Assembly (NCBI RefSeq): GCF_006345805.1
Contig: NW_021836578.1
Span: 1 to 23,521 of the forward strand
Source: Octopus sinensis
Lineage: Eukaryota
DNA length: 23,521 bases
Direction: 5' to 3'
Positions within the stretch are counted from its first letter, which is position 1; the number at the start of each line of letters is the position of its first letter. A program made the translations under genes and the position numbers. Shown piece by piece: positions 9,295-20,048 of this stretch. The notes beneath the pieces were generated by a model. The model did no database searches. It was not told the DNA's origin and saw only the letters and a program-made list of their open reading frames with translations.

Positions 9295-9706
9295 TATTTC
9301 TTTACTACCCATTAAGGGCTAAACACAGAGGGGACAAAATAGGACAGACAAACGGATTAAGTAGATTTCATCGACCCCAGTGCGTAACAGGTACTTAATT
9401 TATCGACCCCGGGAGAATGAAAGGCAAAGTCGACCTCGGCAGAATTTAAACCCAGAACGTAACGACTGACGAAATACCTATTTCTTTATTACCCACAAGG
9501 GGCTAAACACAGAGGGGACAAACAAGGACAGACATAGGTATTAAGTCGATTACATCGACCCCAGTGCGTAACAGGTACTTAATTTATCGACCCTGAGAGA
9601 ATGAAAGCCAAAGTCGACCTCGGCGGAATTTAAACGCAGAACGTAGCGACAGACGAAATATCGCTAAGCATTTTGCCCGGCGTGCTAACGTTTCTGCCAG
9701 CTCGCC
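9295..9706 (-). mobile_element. SINE family B dimer (one head + 2 x 184-bp bodies)
   Basis: Units 9479-9662 and 9295-9478, head 9663-9706; 15-bp TSD TTTTCCTGTAATATC (9280-9294) / TTTTCCTGTAGTATC (9707-9721). Confidence 0.95.
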
Positions 9707-10261
9707 TTTTCCTGTAGTATCGTCGACCAACGACAAAAAAAAATACCAACCACATTCAGAAATACTGACCTTAATTTCTTTTAATAACTCTTATAAAAGC
9801 AATTTCTGAATTATTCCTCAGATTCTAAGGTTTCATTCAATATATCTAATTTTATTCTCACTTTAATTGCTAAGAGTCAGACATAAATGTCACAAAAATT
9901 TGTTTTCGTTTCAAAAGGCTGAATCTTGCGTCAGCATAATTTTGTTTTCGGTTAAAATAAATTCTACATAAGTTTTGTTATCTCAGGCTTGACAGCACTA
10001 GTTAGACTATACTTCGTTAATGAGGTCCCAACAGACTAAAACAAGTCCGGAATAGTAACCATTCTGCGAAATACCAAACTTACTTACCATTGATTTCTAT
10101 GTTCAACTAAACTGAATAAATTTAAATAACCTGTTTCTCTCTTTTCTTTTCTTGATCATATTTAATTATTATGGTAATGTTTTTTTTTAATTCTCATTTG
10201 CGGGTGTAATATGAATTAATTAGAATTTCTCAAAATACTATTAATTAATAAAATTATTTTC

Positions 10262-10656
10262 TTTTACTCTCTACTCTTTTACTTGTTTAAGTCATTTGAC
10301 TGCGGTCATGCTGGAGCACCGCCTTTAGTCGAGCAACTCGACCCGGGACTTATTCTTTTGTAAACCCAGTACTTATTCTATCGGTAACGTTTGCCGAAGC
10401 GCTAAGTAACGGGGACATAAACACACCAGCATATGTTGTCAAGCAATGCTAGGGGGATAAACATAGACACACAAACACATACACGCATATATATATATAT
10501 ATACATATATACGACGGGCTTCTTTCAGTTTCCATCTACCAAACCCACTCACAAGGCTTTTGTCGGCCCGAAGCTATAGTAGAAGACACTTGCCCAAAGT
10601 GCCACGCAGTGGGACTGAACCCGGAACCATGTGGTTGGTAAACAAGCTACTTACCA
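10262..10656 (-). mobile_element. SINE family A, near full-length
   Basis: Reverse complement of family A from the tail (TTTTACTC)n to ...CTACTTACCA; the first ~20 nt of the head are missing. Confidence 0.95.
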
Positions 10657-11419
10657 ATCAGTTTATTAAAATTTCTTCAGATAATAAGTATGTTAGGATG
10701 TTTAGTTTTTAAAGAATTCTGGAAATGGTCAAGAGAAAGAGGGCGAATGTAAGAATTTTTGTATGATTTGGATTTTCATAGAATAAATAAATAACGAAAT
10801 AAGCTACACTTTCGCGTTTATATTTCCCCTTTGCAGATATCGGCCTCAGTACACTGCCAGAAGAAATTAATATTTAAATTGCCAAATGCATATTTCCGGT
10901 GCTAACAAAGTAGGTAATTCATTGACAAGAGGAAAAATATAAATAAGACAAAATAATAATAAGAAGAAAAAACTGTAAAAAAAAAAACCCCATTAAATGA
11001 GATATCAAGAAGTAAATTATCAAGGAATTGGGTAATAATTTAGAAAATTGCTTCCCAGACGGATATTTCGTACCTCAGACAGTCTAATTATATGGGTTTA
11101 CGTAGTTAAAAAACTGGAAAGAGAAAATTGGTTTGCAGACAGCTTGGTCATTAGAATTTGGCAAAGGAAGACACACAGAATCGTGTTGTTGGGAAAAAAA
11201 TTAATAACAGAAAAATTAATATCATTTTCGCTGAGATTTCTTGGGTTTTAGTTTATTTTAATTATTTAACAGTGGTTGGATATTTGCTGGTGTCTGTTGG
11301 TAACATATATTGTAGACGAAAATACACAAGTTATTAGATAGAAATTAGGATCCATGCATGCAAAGACACAATCCTTTATACATATTCACTTCTTCTTATT
11401 TGCATTCACGTATATCAAA

Positions 11420-11420
<1 letters not shown>

Positions 11421-11500
<80 letters not shown>

Positions 11501-11587
11501 CATATATATACATATATATATAATAATAATAGTAATAATGATAATGATAACAATAATAATAATATAATAATAATATATATATATATA
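11421..11587. repeat. (TA)n and (AAT)n microsatellite
   Basis: Visible array directly flanking the Helitron 3' end. Confidence 0.95.
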
Positions 11588-12432
11588 CTAGCAGAATTGC
11601 CCGGCGTTGCTCGGGGCTGAATTGCTTGAAAGTACTGTTAATGATTGCACTGAATTATGATGATTATTCAGGCAAATATTGATATAAGTTTACGGTGGGA
11701 GATAAGGACTTAACGATCAAACGTGTGCCATTGCATTGTTTTGGGGGAACCAAATTTCTGATGAGCATTATAGGGGCACCAACTTTAAGTTTGAGAAAGT
11801 GTGGTGGTAGTCCGGGGTGCTCAAAGGAATTGAGTACCTCTATTGGATAGTTGATGACGTCCTCTGGGTCAGGAGTTGTATCGATAGACTGATATACATA
11901 GACTTCCCCAGGAATGAGTTTTAGCAGTTCATCATTAATATGGTGAACAGTTTTATTCCTCGGGGCCAGTATAGCCTTTTTGCCAATCCAATCCATATTC
12001 TGATAATTAGCTTGTAGATCTGGGAACACTGCATCTCTGAGATCAGAAGGCGTCTTAACAATGGTACAAATGGAATCGATGGCAATATTACCATTTTCAT
12101 CCCCTGGTATTTTGCCTTCGCCAAGTGCAAGGAGGATGTGAGGAAATGCTGCTGATGTGATATTACGTCGCATATGAGCACGCATATTGGTGTGAAGTTT
12201 GAGAGTTACTTCCCTTTATTAAAAAAAATATGCATTAAAATGGAAAAAAATGATGGTAAATTATTTGTAAAATCATCGACTCATCGTAGACGCGCGCTAA
12301 TACCCAGAAGGGCTCGATATGAATCACGACTATAAGATACCCGGTTTTGGTTAAACTGCATCGCAAAATGTGGGAGTAGTTAGGAATCTAAATCGGAGTA
12401 GACAGACACACAACCTTTCTTTTATATATAAA
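11588..12432 (-). mobile_element. Internally deleted Helitron
   Basis: Minus-strand 3' end: hairpin CCCGAGCAACGCCGGG then CTAG|T (11591-11588). 5' end A|TTTATATATAAAAGAAAGGTTGTGTGTCTGTC (canonical TC reads TT). Internal Pif1 helicase fragment. Confidence 0.9.
11664..12215 (-). pseudogene. Helitron RepHel fragment, C-terminal part of the Pif1-family SF1B helicase
   Basis: Open frame (R)EVTLKLHTNMRAH...AILAPRNKTVHHIN...YPIEVLNS...GLPPHFLKLKVGAPIMLIRNL...CNGTRLIV contains the Pif1 motifs L.L..NMR, AILAP.N, G.PPH.L.LKVGAPIMLLRNL and CNGTRL. Homology ends at ~11690; Walker A/B and Rep domains are absent. Confidence 0.93.
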
Positions 12433-13111
12433 TATTTTCGTCCTAAAAAACTTTGTATGGATTGAATGGTTACCTCTATGGAAATATATACACGCACATT
12501 ATACATACATGTGTGTATAGATGAATATATAAATACATTTAACTATCTATATACACTTTTGGGCGATCTTTCTGTTTCTTAGAGATAACTTTAGATCTTA
12601 TTTTCGTCCAAAAAAACTTTATATGGAGTGAATGGTTACCTCTATGGAAATATATACACACACGTTATACATGCTTGTGTGCATAGATGAATATATAAAT
12701 ACATTTATATATCTATATACACTTTTGGGCGATCTTTGTGCTACTTAGAGATAACTTTAGATCTTATTTTCGTCCTAAAAAACTTTGTGCGGAGTGAATG
12801 GTTACGTCTATAGAAATATATACACACACATTATACATACATCTGTGTATAGATGAATATATAAATACATTTAAATATCTATATACACTTTTGGGCGATC
12901 TTTCTGCTACTTGTATATACTTTAGATCTTATATTCGTCCTAAAAAACTTTGTATGGAGTGAAAGGTTACCTCTATGGAAATATATACACACACATTATA
13001 CATACATCTGTGTATAGATGAATATATAAATACATTTAAATATCTATATACACTTTTGGTCGATCTTTCTGCTACTTGGATATAGGTCTTATATTCGTCG
13101 TAAAAAACTTT
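12433..13111. repeat. Tandem array, ~166-bp unit x ~4.1
   Basis: Units start TATTTTCGTCC/TATATTCGTCC at 12433, 12599, 12765, 12930 and 13090 (spacings 166, 166, 165, 160). Confidence 0.95.
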
Positions 13112-13116
13112 CCTGT

Positions 13117-13201
13117 CACACACTCACGCACACGCACACACACACACACGCACCCTCACACACACGCGCACACACACACACACACACTCACACACACGCA
13201 C
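13117..13201. repeat. (CA)n microsatellite
   Basis: Visible array. Confidence 0.9.
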
Positions 13202-13562
13202 GTTAGCTTACAATTTTATTTATATATTTGCGTGTCTATGTGTGTAAAGAGGAAGTGGGAGGCAGAGTGAAAGAGTCACTCACTACAGAAAGTGAATTAC
13301 TTTCATTTTATTCGTTGCACACTGTGTGTGTGCGTTTGCGTGTGGTGTAAACCACATTAAGAAAAGCATTTGACATACACACCAGAATGTGAGTTTTCTG
13401 TAAATTTTGCTTAATTGGAGTTTAAATTTTAAAAACTGGACCTGGCATGACCCGATGCATTCTACTCTTAAAAATGCTAGGTAAATTGTAATTGAAGAAA
13501 TCCTATATTGTAGATTTCTATAACTGACAAAGGGAGGCAGATAAAATCTGCCTTTTATAATA

Positions 13563-13596
<34 letters not shown>

Positions 13597-13599
<3 letters not shown>

Positions 13600-13859
13600 G
13601 GAGTGGCTGTGTGGTAAGTAGTTTGCTTACCAACCACATGGTTCCGGGTTCAGTCTCACTGCGTGGCACTTTAGGCAAGCGTCCTTTACTATAGCCTCGG
13701 GCCGACCAAAGCCTTGTGAGTGGATTTGGTAGACGGAAACTGAAAAGAAGCCCGTCGTATATATGTATATCTAAATATATATATGTAAGTGTGTGTATGT
13801 GTTTGTGTGTCTGTGTTTGAACCCCCCCCCCAACGTCGCTTGACAACCGATGCTGGTGT

Positions 13860-13864
<5 letters not shown>
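13597..13864 (+). mobile_element. SINE family A, 3'-truncated, between two (TA)n tracts
   Basis: GCAGGAGTGGCTGTG head to GCTGGTGTGTTTAT; (TA)n at 13565-13596 and 13863-13921. Confidence 0.93.
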
Positions 13865-13924
<60 letters not shown>

Positions 13925-13931
13925 TGGATTT

Positions 13932-14333
13932 GGTCGTAAGTCGGCCTATAAGCTTTGGTTTATATTTTTACATTCTTAAGGTACATTCTCATGTAAAAGT
14001 CATACACGTGATTCTGTATTACACTATTATACTGGCGTTAGTCAAAAATTTCGGTGTCTCAAGCACTTGTCTTATAAACAAATACGAGGTTGCCTCGATG
14101 TCTTCGCGACAGGATATTATCTAACACTTGGGATAATCACAGTGGTAATCGATAACCAAACCTAGGGGAAGCGTTTGTTAGCTGGCATCATCCGCAGATG
14201 GATTAATTTCTAAGAAATTAAACCCATTATATTTCAACTAGACTATTTATGATCGGTACCGGTCGCTGGTGCGCCAATCGTCGTAAAGTCGATCGGTTGT
14301 AAGTCGGATAGGTCGTAAGTCGACGACGACCTG
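13932..14333. mobile_element. Tigger/pogo-like non-autonomous DNA transposon fragment (one TIR visible)
   Basis: Ends GGTCGTAAGTCGACGACGACCTG|TA, resembling Tigger-type TIRs (CAGGT..TC.TCGACTTACGAC) with a TA target. GTCGTAAGTCG-like repeats recur near 13933, 14279, 14298 and 14312. Confidence 0.65.
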
Positions 14334-14605
14334 TATTTGTAAATGTAGCAGAAGAATAACCGCTTTTACGTTCTTGCCATTCGTAGATGAGGTTTCTTTG
14401 ATTTGCTAAGTTCTTGATTTGCTAAGCTGGTTGCTTTTTCTTTCAAGGAATAGGTTTAGTAATTCGACCTAAAAACATACTAAAAGTCGATAGGTTGAAA
14501 ATATAAATCTTCTTCATTTAGCCGTAAATGAAATCTGTGGGTTCGAGTTTACGTTCGTTTTAGGAGTGCTCGCTACAACCCGCCTACACAGATCATTGAG
14601 CCGGC

Positions 14606-14625
14606 TTCTTCTTCTTCTTCTTCTT

Positions 14626-14658
<33 letters not shown>

Positions 14659-14686
14659 CACTTCTTCCACTTCTTCCACTTCTTCC

Positions 14687-14742
<56 letters not shown>

Positions 14743-14754
14743 TTCTCTTCTTCT

Positions 14755-14786
<32 letters not shown>

Positions 14787-14956
14787 CACTTCTTCCACTT
14801 CTTTCACTTCTTCCACTTCTTCCACTTCTTCTTCTTCTTCTTCTCTTCTTCTTCTTCTTCTTCTTCTTCTTCTTCTACTTCTACTTCTTCTTCTCCCTTC
14901 CTCCTCCTCCTCATTATCAGCATCATTATCATCAACATCGTCGTCATCGTCATCAT
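14606..14956. repeat. (CTT)n polypyrimidine tract with CTTCTTCCA variants, grading into (CCT)n and (CAT)n
   Basis: Visible array; source of the poly-E/K and poly-L/F/S ORFs. Confidence 0.97.
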
Positions 14957-15390
14957 AACTGGCCGTTCGCCGATGATATTATATCCTGATTCATTACATA
15001 GTAACTTTGTCGGTTACTGCATAATTATCATAATTACTTAATTCCCTAATTATGAGACTGCCATAAACAATGTCCAAGAATATAACCTTATCAAACGACG
15101 ACTGGCATTAAATTACAAGAGATATAAACTAGGATACCGTTTCGTAGCTTCGGCATATCAGCTTCTGAAGACTTAACATACCATACCTCAGTGATCTCGT
15201 TTTACAATAAACCTTAAAGATGCCGATTAATTCAAATTATCGTTTCCCGATTAATGATCATTAATAGCTTCGAATTCGCTCAGTAGAAATGATAAAGAAA
15301 CATTGCTAATTCTCCATTATGGATTAAACAAAGGTAAATTAGTAGGTCTTAAGAGAAGGATGGAGAAGCGATAATGAATAGTGACGAAAT

Positions 15391-15394
<4 letters not shown>

Positions 15395-15439
<45 letters not shown>

Positions 15440-15495
15440 TGAAGGAGAGAGGAGAGAAGGGAGAGGGAGAAGAGAGGGCGGGACAGAGAGAGAAA
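15395..15495. repeat. (GA)n / purine-rich tract
   Basis: Visible array. Confidence 0.95.
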
Positions 15496-15829
15496 GAGTT
15501 GAAAGCGGATGTAGACAGAGGGGGCTGGAGGATTGAATAAACAAGGTTTTCCATGTTTGAGCCTGATATTAACTTTAGTATCAGTAATATCAAACATTAG
15601 CGAAATGTTCATAAACTATTTTGATGTCTTGTACCTGTCTGCCTCTATGTTAGAGCCTTCGTTCATTCATTGAAATATTCCCCCTTGAGGTACTGCACTA
15701 TAATATAATCCCTCATATTTTGTTAGTGTAGACATGGATAAAAGCAAACGAAAGCAATTAAGTAAGAGTGTTTAGTATAGACAACACCGTAACAAAATGG
15801 CGCATAAATAAAAGAAAATGGGGAATCGA

Positions 15830-15962
15830 GACGGAAAGAGAAAACAGCGAGAGAGAGATATGAGCAGAGACAGAGGAAGAGAGAGACGAAGAGAAATAAT
15901 GATAGAGAGAGGGAGTGAGGAGAGAGAGAGAAAGTGTGTATGTGTGTGCGAGAGAGAGAGAG
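15830..15962. repeat. Degenerate (GA)n/(TG)n tract
   Basis: Visible low-complexity sequence. Confidence 0.85.
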
Positions 15963-16514
15963 TCGTAGTTCGTCTGTTTCTTTGCAGTACGTCTACTTTG
16001 ATCAAACGTTGATCCCATCTGTCTGCCGCTCCAGTACTATAAAAAGTTTACCCCACCCGACCCACCTCGGTCTATCACATAATATCTTTCGCCATTCTTC
16101 CATTGCTTAGTTATCATATAGAATTCCCTTTGAATTGCAAACAGCCCCCGTCAGATTCGGATTGTCGAGTTTAAAATGTATTCATGTTCACATCGTAGGA
16201 AAAAGTAATTTTTTTTCCTCTCCTTTTCTTTGTTACTTTGTTACTTTGTTTTTTTTTCTCTCTCTCTCCTTTAGCTTTCACAATATATTGAATTACTCAT
16301 TCCCTGTTTTTTCTGTCTTTAGTTTTAAAGCAATAAAGCTTCAAGCCAGCATGCCTGTTAACCATGTTAGTTTGTTAGTCAACTATCTTAGCCAGCCAAC
16401 CAGCTTGAGGCACATGGCAAACAGCAATGGTCTGAGGTAGCCATGTGTCGCAGTTTACCTGACATAATCCAAAAATAAACGATGCCTGTTCCTGCTTCAC
16501 TATTTACGCTTCAT

Positions 16515-16770
16515 CTTTTCCTCTCTCCCCCTCTCTCCCTCTCTCCCCCTCTCTCATTCTCTCTTTCTGATTCTCCCTGTGTCTCTCTTTTTCTCCTCCT
16601 CCTCACTCTGTTTCTTTGACATTTTCTTCATGTTTCTCGTACATACTCAAGTCACTCCTCCTTTGATACCCAATCTTACTCACTCACTCACTCACTCACT
16701 CACTCACTCACTCACTCTCTCTCTCTCTCACTCACTCTCTCGCTCGCTCACTCCCTAACTCACGCTCTCA
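16515..16770. repeat. CT-rich tract and (CTCA)n microsatellite
   Basis: Visible arrays; (CTCA)n from ~16678. Confidence 0.9.
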
Positions 16771-16946
16771 CCACGGTTGCTGTATATAAATACATACATG
16801 CGTACGTCCGAAGAAACGTATTAGTTTTAAATAAATGCTGTTGTTTGCTTTACAACGTTATTTACACATAAATCGCCCTGTGTAATCCATTTCAGCAATT
16901 GAAGTGTCAGACTCTGTGCCAAAAACAAAAGACTACTGGGAAGTCA

Positions 16947-16947
16947 C

Positions 16948-16992
<45 letters not shown>

Positions 16993-17483
16993 ACACACAC
17001 ACACACAAATGTACACACACACAAACGTACACACACACACACAAACATACATTCGCACACACAAACGTACACCCACATACGCGCACACACACAAATGCAC
17101 ACGAACACATACAAACACACACATATACATAGATAGACAGACACACAAATGCACGCACATACACACACACTCACACGCACACACACACAGACAGACACAT
17201 ATATATATATACACACACGCGCACATACACAAACATACACACATAAACAGACAGATAGACGCACAAATGCACGCACGCACACACACACACTCACACACAC
17301 GTACACACACAGACAGACATATATATATATATACACACACGCACACAGAAACAGAAAAACAGACACACACATGCACACACACACACATGCAACGTGTGTA
17401 CGCGTTGCTGCTTGCATTTAGAAGTTAATTTTATACACATACAAAATCGCCATCGAAGAAGCAAATTTATTAACACACGTATG

Positions 17484-17537
<54 letters not shown>

Positions 17538-17770
17538 TATACACACACACACATGCACATATAAATTCACACACACACACATAAATTCATACACACACAC
17601 ACACACTCCTCTCTTCGTCTCCCGCTTTCTCTCGCTACTCTGCTCTCTCATCATATATAGGTTTTTCTTTCTTTTGTTATCTGCCTTTTCTCCCTCCCCC
17701 CTCTCTCTCGCTCTCTTTCTGTCTCTCTATTGCCACCTCTATCCCTCTCTCTCTTTCGCCTGCTCGCTTT
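16947..17770. repeat. Compound (CA)n arrays (16947-17390, 17480-17606) followed by a CT-rich tract
   Basis: Visible arrays; source of the H/T and C/V ORFs. Confidence 0.95.
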
Positions 17771-18139
17771 CTTCCTACTGTCTCACGCACATGTTGGAAC
17801 TGCAACAAACAAAATTCGGTGAATAACCGAAGCGTCGGTCAAATAAAAGGCTGCATTCACGGCCAAAATGCAAGTCTCAACGGCTATCCTATGTAGCTAT
17901 CTGAGACAAACACTTTCCTCTCTGGTCAATCTCTCATCAACTTCTTCAAGTATCACTTGAAAAGGAAAGTGAAAGTAGAGAGGCAAGTTTTGTCTATCGA
18001 ATGTTTAAAAAAAAAAGATGGGTAAATGTAGCAAGGGTGGCACGTATGAATGACGAAGCTACCTTGAGCATAATCCTATGAACCCGAAAAAATTTAAAAC
18101 AGAGAGTTACTTACTTGCAAATAAATGGAAATGTGTTAA

Positions 18140-18388
18140 CATGTGACATTATTGACCGAATTTACCGTGGTCTTTTCCGTAGGCTTTTCTTTCCACGGAT
18201 AAACCTCATCTGTTTCCCCTTTTACACTTTACATCAGGACATTTCTGTGATGCACGATCCCTATTGATCATTTTTTTTACGACCCCTTTTGATCGAAAAA
18301 CCTACCCCACTTTTTTCTCCCCAAAAAGAAAAGCTCTTCTTTGTAATTTGTCCCCTCTGTGTTCAGCCCTGTGTGGCTAATAAAGAGC
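18140..18388 (+). mobile_element. Probable LINE 3' end whose tail is shared with SINE family B
   Basis: 18347-18386 TTTGTCCCCTCTGTGTTCAGCCCTGTGTGGCTAATAAAGA matches the SINE B tail at about 36/40 nt, but the upstream sequence is not SINE body. A weak NLP..FP...INL remnant near 18160-18210 resembles CR1/Jockey-type ORF2 ends. Confidence 0.6.
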
Positions 18389-19467
18389 GGAAGCAATATA
18401 AGTAAGAAGTGTTTTGTTTGCCTAGTATGCTCTAGTCGGTTGCTCCAGTGGGTTTAGATAAAGTATTTGAAATACCCACCAAGAATGTACGTGACCACCC
18501 CCGCTGTCCTTGATATTAAATTCAGTTCCTAATTCATCAAGGCCATACGAATAATCATGGTGTGGTGAAAGGGCCGAGGGTTCAACTTTATAGCAGCGGA
18601 TAAATCTCATCCAATGAAGATGGCCGACAAAAATACGGTGAACGATTTTATCTTAACTGTAGGACAAAGAGTTAAAAAGTGTCTGTTTGATTTTCATTAA
18701 GAGACTGACGCAGAATTTTCAGTACTTGAATATTGCTTCAAACTGAAGGTCCACTTTATTTTTCTTTCCATTAGATTATGAAGGGGGTAAAGGTAGCAAC
18801 CTTTTCACGGATATCAAGAATGATGGGGGAAAGAGAAAACCGTATCATCAAACCGGAAACCGAGACCAAATGCTTGAAACAGTGAATATTGCAAAAGGTA
18901 CCAAAAAGGAAGATGATACGAGCGAAACATTAAGTCTGCTGAACAAAATCAGGGGGATTTGGTTGCTATTTTAAGCAGATCAATCGACTATGTACATTTT
19001 GCCTTTTTTAGAGAAGCATACCCAAGATAAGTATATTGCTTAACGATACGACATAAATCCAACAGAAAATAATAATAGTCAATCGTACAATATATATGAC
19101 CCTCTCTGTGGATCAGTTAATATTGAACTTATTACAATGGCTTCGAGAAATCTACAAGGAATTCGATTACTGTTAAAGCTAATTTTCAGAGTCAATCACT
19201 TAAATATATTTCTGAGGTATTTTCCAAGAAGATATTTACTTACATAGTTTGATATGGCCTGGTTAAGTTCTATCTTTTGTTGGTGTCATATAAACTAAGG
19301 TAACCTTATTTCAGGGACGGGTGGTTGGTGACCAAACATTATAAATCATCCTGTGTAGAAACAGATGATTAAAGCAAGAGAGTATAACCGTGTATATCAG
19401 CAACGTTGCTTTAATAGTAGATTATAGCAAGAATAAATAACATCTTAAAAATTAAATACGTGTGTAA

Positions 19468-20048
19468 GGAGGCGAGCTGGCAGAATCGTTAGCACGCCAG
19501 GCGAAATGCTTACCGGTATTTCGTCTGCCTCTACGTTCTAGGTTCAAATTCCGCCGAGGTCGACTTTGCCTTTCATCCTTTCGGGGTCGATTAAATAAGT
19601 ACCAGTTACGCACTGGGGTCGATGTAATCGACTTAATACCTATGTCTGTCCTTGCTTGTCCCCTCTGTGTTTAGCCCCTTGTGGGTAATAAAGAAATAGG
19701 TATTTCGTCTGCCGCTACGTTCTGAGTTCAAATTCCGCCGAGGTCGACTTTGCCTTTCATCCTTTCGGGGTTGATTAAATAAGTACCGGTTACGCACTGG
19801 GGTCGATGTAATCGACTTAATCCGTTTGTCTGCCCTTGTTTGTCCTCTCTGTGTTTAGCCCCTTGTGGGTAATAATGAAATAGGTATTTCGTCCGTGTTT
19901 ACGTTCTGAGTTCAAATTCCGCCGAGATCATCTTTGCCTTTTATCCTTTCGGTGTCGATGAAATAAGTAGCAGTTGAGCACTGGGTGTCAATGTAATCGA
20001 CTTAACCCCTTCCCCCGAAATTGCTGGCCTTGTGCCAAAATTGGAAAC
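19468..20048 (+). mobile_element. SINE B trimer: head + two 184-bp B bodies + one B' body/tail
   Basis: Units begin GGTATTTCGTC at 19515, 19699 and 19883; each has a B box GAGTTCAAATTCC (variant in unit 1). Unit 3 switches to the B' tail after ~20005. Confidence 0.95.

Noticed and set aside
10837-10913. Exon-like segment (TTTCCCCTTTGCAG acceptor, AG|GTAATT donor)
   Set aside because: All three frames contain stops, so it could only be a non-coding exon; this cannot be supported without RNA data.
12433-13111. Regularly spaced repeats considered as a CRISPR-like array (also the SINE B arrays)
   Set aside because: Whole units are homologous with no unique spacers; eukaryotic context and no cas genes.
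14514-14958. Poly-E/K and poly-L/F/S ORFs
   Set aside because: They are translations of the (CTT)n tract.
16899-17654. Multiple 77-174 aa ORFs
   Set aside because: They are translations of compound (CA)n arrays.
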